Of a stretch of 64,000 nt of DNA, positions 56,732 to 64,000 are shown in pieces. The notes below the pieces were generated by a model, which saw nothing but the letters and a program-made list of their open reading frames with translations, ran no database searches and was not told the origin of the DNA. The stretch is taken from positions 62,001-126,000 of the forward strand of contig CBFFRP010000200.1 of assembly GCA_965644295.1 (NCBI GenBank). The letters are read 5' to 3'. Within the stretch, counting starts at the first letter, position 1, and each line of letters begins with the position of its first letter. The stretch is from Paraphysomonas bandaiensis (Eukaryota > Protista > Chrysophyceae). The position numbers were made by a program, and so were the translations under genes.

Positions 56732-59700
56732 ATGAATCGCAGTAATCGTGAACTGCGCAAAATGACAACAGCAGACAATATAGAGGGAAAGCTGACTGTG
56801 TCAACGATTGAGTCGGAGAAGTCATTAAAGCGGATATTCTCTGACCCGATGATGCCTACACCTGATGGGAAGAAGTCGTCTCCCTCATTTGTGGTGAAGA
56901 AACAGCCGGCACGTCGAAATAAAGCCCATTATGATATGGCTCTACAAAATATTGATGCTAGAGAGCTCGCACAAATGGACAGGGCCCTTATTGGCTTGTC
57001 GAGCGAGTTGTACAGGTGCGTGTTGTGATGGTGAAGTGTCTTGTAGATTTGTAGATGAGTGTATAATATTTAGGTCGACCGATCAGAACTGTACGGTTGA
57101 TAACGACGCCCCTCCAAAACGCCTTTTAGGTTTGGCATCTTCCCGCAGGCTACTTCCTAAGGCAAGCTTTGCAAATATTGACGTGAGCGATGATGGCCGT
57201 GTGACTGCTAGTGTAACTGGGAGCCACAACAAATCCTTCTATTTTACTCCAAACGCGGCTTCGAGGCCCAAGAAGGTTGCTCGTGCGACAACCCTCACTC
57301 GCATTGATGACACGGACAAGGTCAGCTCCACTTTTGCATCTGTGTGACACATTATGAAATAGTTCTTGTTCTTGCGATATACTATTCTGGTGTATCGTGC
57401 TGTGTCACTGTTTTTTATCTTGGATGGTGTGGTTGTATGAAGCTCTGACACTGATACAGGGCATTGAAGAGAATGATGTTTCACCACGATCCAGACGTAC
57501 CCTGAAACCACCAGATAAGAAGTTCCTCCTCGAGCAGCGCAGGAATACTCAATCAGATATTAAGTATCATGACTTCCCGGTGAGATGTGTCGTCGTAGCG
57601 GTACTATGTGTTTTTTTAATGTATATAGCAGGAGCTTCCAATCCGCCAACGAACTCCGCTTTCGAAGCCTTACAGAAATCGGCGGCGGTCAAAAGGAAAT
57701 CCTGTTATGGCAATGTCATCTCCCTGTCTCTCCCCTACCCATGCCACTTTGATGGACCAAGACGATAAAAAGTCGGTCAATAAGCAGTTTTCATTCGAAG
57801 GTACGATATGTATGTGTGGTGTTTATTCGCCTCCATGATCATGCACGCATTGCAGATGACCTCAGCACGTTTAGCCAGATAAAATGTGACTCTCTAGATA
57901 TTTCTGCCGACGGAAACGTATCAAGTGATAATATGTCCTCTTCTATGGAGTCAACAGTGCACAGTGTGGGTACAAGCGAAGAGTGTGAGATAGAGAGTCT
58001 TCACTCGGGTGCATGCACTCCTCTGTTTTCGCAGTACGAGGATGATGAGGACGAGGTGTGTCCGCATTCTATGTGTGCTGTGTTCATGGTGAGTGTGATG
58101 ATGCTCTGTATTCTTTTGTGACCCCAGGAATCTTGTTGTGACGACGAGTATGGTACGGAACTTCCGGATTTTTCTTCCACTAAGAAGCAGCTTTCTCCTT
58201 TCGGATCTTTCCGTGTAGGGGTATCGAAAGTACTTGAACACCTTTCTCCCCGGCCTATAAATTCTACGAGGTATCTTATCATTACGCACTTCGCACGTGT
58301 ATGTTCTAATTTATAGTTGTAGGAGTGCTGATCACATAGAGAAATTTCTGATGAGATCAAACAGGTGTTGACAGTTCCGCATTTTGAGTTTTGTTTCAAC
58401 TATTTTTTTGTGGTTTTAGTGGTGGGAGCTCTTTCCACTCGCTTCAACAGAGAAATGATAGTTTCAGTTGCGTTTCATAATTTGCACATATTTGGTATGT
58501 AACTGTTGTTTGTCAGATGACGACGAAAAGATTTCAGTTGTCACCAGCTTGACGCAGATTTATAACAGCGTCGAGTCTGACGGCGACGAAGACGACAACC
58601 TGTCTTCTACTCCCAACAACAATGAAACGTCAGACGTAAGTATTGCTGCTCATGGTTATATTTTTGTAACATATTTATAGTTTTCTGGTGAGAATTCTTC
58701 ACCACGCACTCTTCCCGCCCGAGGTGTATATCGCGAGAAGTCCGGTATTTGCACCATATACAATAGCGGCCCTGCTGAGAACAATTTACTGGTCCAAATG
58801 ACAGACGATGAGCGTATAATGAGGGCAGCAATGCATATTAGAGATGCCATGCACGAGAGACCAATTAAGCAGCACCGATCAGGTGTACTAGCTGTCCGGT
58901 TTTACAGTTTCCAACACAGCACGTTTTGGGTACTGTTCATGCGAATGCTTATCATCGCTCAGATGTCACTAGTATTGATTGAACCACCGTCCAACCGATC
59001 CACAGAGGATTATCCCTCGTCATTTTCCCCATATGACTGTGGTGACTCCGCGCACTTGGAAATAGTCGATCCCCAGAATTGCTTTAGACGACTGGCACAA
59101 TACCCCGTCACAAGGACAGTGTGCCTTCTTGCTGAGACCTGTATTATCGTGGTATATTTGGTTGACATTTCGTTAACGGTGTATGGATTTGGCTGGCGCG
59201 ATATTGTGGGGCTACTTCCCTCCGGTGTTACGCAAATGGACTCGCCTGCTGCCCGCAAAAACCGTGTGTGGGATCAGCTGCGGTCGATCTCCGTGTTGCT
59301 GATGATTATAGATTTAGGGCTGAACTGGACTGTTACGAATATTCGTATTAGCCGGGTGTTTCGACCTGTGCTGTTTGTCTATAAGAGCCGGGAACTTAGG
59401 AGATGGTTTTATCTCATTGTTTCCACATTGCCGAAGATAGTTGGCTTGGCTCTGCTGATATTCAGTTTTATTGCCGTGTATGCAATAGTTGGTGTTCTGC
59501 TCTTCAGCGACCAGAGTTACTACACTGGAGAAAGATATGAGTATGCAAACTTCAATAGCTTTGGCAAGGCGTCAATATCCCTGTATGTACTAATGACGAG
59601 TGAGAACTATCCTTACATTATGTACCCTGCTTTTGAGTCAGACGTGGGGGATGGATCACATTACTATGCATTGTTCTTTGTTTCTTTTCTCTTAGTTGTA

Positions 59701-61456
59701 ATGTTTTTTCTGGCTAATTTATCGGTTCCGTATTTATTCGATTCCTTTAAACGATCACATTTGAACGAAGCCTTAAGTGGAAGAATCGTTGAACGCATGT
59801 CACTGCTTGCATCTTTTCAATTGGTGGATATAGAGTGCAAGGGATTTATCAACTTTGAAAGATTTAGATCTCTTGTAAGTCATGTCCGTCAGGACCTGTT
59901 CAATTCAGACGGAACAGAAAAGCGCCCAGGACTGATTAGTCATATGTTTGATGAGCTCTGTGCATCTCATCCTGGAAGATGTAACCCGTTAGATTTTTTC
60001 CAAATATCGGATGTCATACTTACAGAGTTCGAGGTAACGGATGATAGGCACAGGTGTTTGCATGCAAAGTTTCCGTGGCTTTCGCAGGCCACTCTTTCAA
60101 TGGAACCATTCGTCAATAGTCCACTGATGGAAACTGGTGTCCTTTTTCTTCTGCTCGTCAACACTATTATGCTTGCTTTCTACCACAGAGATAACAGTAG
60201 AAACAACGAGATTATATTTATTTCTCGTGTATTTATTTTTATATTCGCATTTGAAATAGTTTTCAAAGTCGTTGTTCTTGGGTTCAGCAAATTTCGTTCC
60301 TCTTGGAAGAATGTGTATGATGGAATTGTAGTGCTCGTTGCATTTGGGTTTGCGCTACGTGAGCAAATAGTTGTTTCGCATGGGCCACTATACAGCAACC
60401 TCGCTTCGATATTTATATGTATACGAGCACTACGGCTCTTTCCAGCTCTTGGAATATTCACCAAGCTGAACGTAATTGTCAAGATACTACCATTTATGTT
60501 CTTTTCGATGCTAACAGTAGCCCTATTTATGTATATTTTCGCGATTATTGGTATGGACTTATTCTCGAAGCGATTTGTACACAACATACATATAGAGCCT
60601 TATGCTGATTTGAATATTCAGTTCGATAACTTTGCTGGATCCATGATGGCTTTATTTCAAGTACTTGTTGGCAACAACTGGGACGAAATCATGTAAGCGC
60701 TTTAGAATTATTTTGCTTCGCTGATTTGTATTTAGGTACACGGCGATGTACAGTACAAATTCTGTTGTACTTCCAGCCCTGTACTTTATTTTCTTTCACT
60801 TCATTGCAGTGTCCCTTCTTCTTCAACTCGTGATTGCGATATACGTGGAAGCGTTCGAAACTTACTCTAATAATGTTAAGGAGGCCTCGAACAAAGCACC
60901 TACAATATCAACCCCATCAATGCACGATAGTAACAAATTATATGAATCATCATCTCCGAATTCTGAAGATAAATTGAGCAAGTTGAGGAGTCCCGATTCC
61001 AGCCAAGTTACACCGAGTCCTGATGGGAGATTTCTTCCTCCGAGAGAAAGTTCGCGTCAGGCTCTTCTTCGACTGAAAAGTGGAACTATGCGAAGGCTAA
61101 GAAGCAAAAAGGATTCATCAGAGTCCAGTATTTCGTTCGGTAGTAACAATCCGAGTAATCTCTCTCGAACACCGACTAAGTTCCGGCGAAAAAGTGCAGC
61201 GGCGCCGAAAAGCACTATACATTCCCTAGCGAGGGCCCATATGAAGGAGTTCGAAGAAGTCGAGTTGACACAAATTAAGGTATTAGGCGATTTAGACGTG
61301 ATAAAAGAAATAGAACTCAGGAATGGAAACTCACGAAAAATTGAAGAGCAAATTCATGTAAGGGAAAAGGCATTGGAAGAATTGCTGAATCAGTCACCTC
61401 GCATTGGTACAATGAATAGTTCGTTCGAGTCATTTAATGATTCATTTGGTGCGTGA
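56732..61456 (+). CDS. Two-pore channel (TPC-like) with EF-hand linker and long multi-exon disordered N-terminus
   Basis: Two 6-TM repeats; S4 IRISRVFRP; pore I LYVLMTSENYP; EF-like DIECKGFINFERF; pore II LFQVLVGNNWDEIM; S6 YFIFFHFIAVSLLLQLVIAIYVEAF. The N-terminal exon chain (56732 to about 58800) is less certain. Confidence 0.85.
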
Positions 61457-61899
61457 GTTTTACGAAAGTACTTCAACTCATAATAGATATCACCAGTGTA
61501 TGTATAATATATCAGCCTTATTTTGTTAGTCACTATACAATATCATGTCAATAATGGTATTTATATATGGCCCGGCCGAAATATATAAGGAAATGTAGTT
61601 ATCGCTTGTAGTATAAGAATGTGGAACATTAAAGTTTTAGATATTCTCTGTCAGCAACTCAAACATACAGAATCAGCATTCCCTTTTTTATACATGTATG
61701 TAGTTTTAGGTCTTTGCGAGATTTCCAGTGATGTAATATTCGACCTAGTCAAGTGGTTGAAACAGCAAGTCACTAGTGAGAATGTCTTATTATTAGCAGT
61801 AGGCTTCAAGAACCATCACCAGCTAAGTTGTTAGATGAAGACTAGTCAAAATAGATCGACTTCTACATGTAACTAACTAGTACAAATTCTCATATCCTA

Positions 61900-64000
61900 C
61901 TATGTAACGCAACGGAAGCTGCGTGCGCGTCGCCGTCGCCGCAAACACCATTGCGTGACCACTTCCGTTCTTGTATGTGAGGGAGAAGCTCTCTGTGGAC
62001 TATGGACGTGTATCCATGAGGTACAGAAGGGACTAGTCAGGGGAACGCCCCTTGGGGTAGGGCACCGCAGGACTTCGTGGAGGAGGATTCTGTATCAGGG
62101 AGGCTAGTGTTCCTAACCTAGATACAAAGGGTGAGGCGGTATATTGGGACCCCGGCGTGTCTTGGGGCGTGTTGGGCCTGGGGCAGAGGAGTAGCTGATG
62201 GAGTTGGCATTGTGGCGTATCCGCTGAGGCGGGGGTAGTGGAAGAGGAAGACGACCCGTGGGGCGCGTTAGGTCTCCACCTTTTAGACGTAGTAAGCGTA
62301 GAACCCGCGGTTTCCGCTGGGTATTGTTACATACATTTAATCGTGTGTTGCCACGTGTTTGACGGAACCCGCGGATTCCGCCGTGTGTTGCTTCCTGTGT
62401 TGCCACGTTGTTGACGCGGTCTCCTTAGGTGCGACAACATGATGACAACTGCAATCCTGAAGCATTAGTTTGGCTGCAGCGAAAAGCGGTTGAAGAAGGG
62501 TAACAACTGCTATTTCGAGGGCACGAAGAAGTCCACGCGAATTTAAGGTGCAGTTGTATTACGCTCCAAAAACGCTTTCCATTTGAGCGTAGGTGATAGT
62601 TCCTGTCCAGAATCGTTCAACTTGCGGAAGTGAAGTTTCCAGGCTCTGCTGGAGAGTTTCTTGAAAATGGCTGTACTCCATGTAGGGGGTAGGGTCGAGT
62701 CTCGTTGTTGGAGTTCCCGAATTCACTCCGTCTTGTGTACCTGAATAGCGGATTCTCGTATCTGAGAGATGGAGGCGTCGTGTGGGCAATCAAGACACAG
62801 GTGTTTGAGAGAGAGTAAAGTGAAAGCCACAGTCGGATATCATCTGGCTTTGTTCAGGTCGAGTGCAAATTTTGTTTTAGCCCTATTCCTACCAATGCTG
62901 AAGGGTTTGTCCCATGTCAGTATTGTATTGAGTATGCACTGTCGTAGTTTGTGCGGAAGTAAGGCACTGCTCTCTTTCCAGTATCCAGTTGCACGATGCA
63001 GATTATGAACACGTAGAGTTGATCGCGGAGTGCAGTACAAGTCTTCAAAGTCCATTATTGATCAAGATGGGATTGAATATCAGTGATTAAGGGGTGGGTA
63101 TAATAAACGTCCGGCGTGTTCCGGACAGACGCTAGTGCCATATTATTCCGGACCTAAGAATACGTTCCATGGCTCTGACAACATCAATTTCACAGAAAGT
63201 GTAATTGTTGCGGTCAGCCTCCAACCATTCACCACCTGCAGCCGCGTCTGCTATGTAAATTCCTTTGTTTTCATATGTCCATTGAGTTTCGTCAGTCCTC
63301 TCAGGGTGTGAGCGAACCCAATAAATGTTCCTCTCAGTGCACACCTTGGTTTTCGCGATGCTCTCGAGGAAGAACTCTTTAGCACGATGCCTTCAAGTGC
63401 GCGTCGTCGTGTGGAGAGGGCTTCCCTAGTTATCATGCATACAGCCTTACAATCTGTATTTCAATAGAAATGTGGACGGGAGCAAGTGAGGATAGTATGA
63501 GAGCTATAACAACTGCTAGTAGTTCGTACGCATACGAATCAATACCAGGTATGTCTCTCATCACAGGAGTCATTATCACATCACTCCGGTGGAAGCAAAT
63601 ATTATGGACATAATAATATATATAGTAATAATGCGTTATATGTACTTCAATGTTTAGATCTCTTACTATAATCTACTAGTAGAGTAGTACGACTTATACT
63701 CTAGTATAAAACGTGGGGGGGAAATCCCACGTTTGCATAATATGTTTACATCGGAGTGATACCATCGCGTGTGGGGACCAACATACGTGTGAGGCGGCGT
63801 GGCCCAAGAAACTGCTACTTGTATGGGCCATCCGTGAAGATTGCATGACATGAATCTGGTAAGAAGTCTACAAGGTTAACATATATATCTGTGATTTCAG
63901 TTAAAATGTTCTCATCTAGGGGGTCAGGCGTAGCTGTTGTACCTACTTCCGCACCCTATTCGCGGAGGCTTATAGAGTGAAATGGTGGTGTGCAGGCAAT
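61900..64000 (-). mobile_element. Decayed RNase H-containing non-LTR retrotransposon, 3' part, running off the window; left boundary approximate
   Basis: Frameshifted RNase H motifs DSYAYELLAV, TDCKAV, WVRSHPE...ENKGIYIADAAA (about 63230-63560), followed by SLKHLCLDCP (CCHC-like remnant, about 62790); GC-richer 3' region. Confidence 0.6.

Overview
Gene-dense eukaryotic nuclear DNA with many short (about 45-60 nt) GT-AG introns. Gene style and transposon types suggest a stramenopile alga or protist (inference only). It carries about 16 genes: a giant ~3,280-aa multidomain protein reassembled from three ORFs, SNW1/SKIP, SMC3, a DUF4485/CEP112-like fragment, RPL5, RPL14, CCT4, CDK7, a histidine-phosphatase-like protein, a rhodanese, an atypical NDP-kinase-like protein, cytosolic IleRS, RsgA, a vWA-U-box protein, a hypothetical protein and a two-pore channel. 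These genes alternate strictly -/+ as eight head-to-head pairs, and most of the spacers are rich in TACAG/CTGTA words. Mobile DNA includes a very young Ty1/copia element (identical 294-bp LTRs with non-canonical TA...TA ends, GATTC TSD, three 2-nt frameshifts) nested in an older deleted hAT element, a hAT-type MITE, a second MITE, and a decayed RNase H-bearing LINE at the right edge. There is also a near-perfect 69-bp-arm hairpin. All exon models were made by eye and need RNA-seq confirmation.
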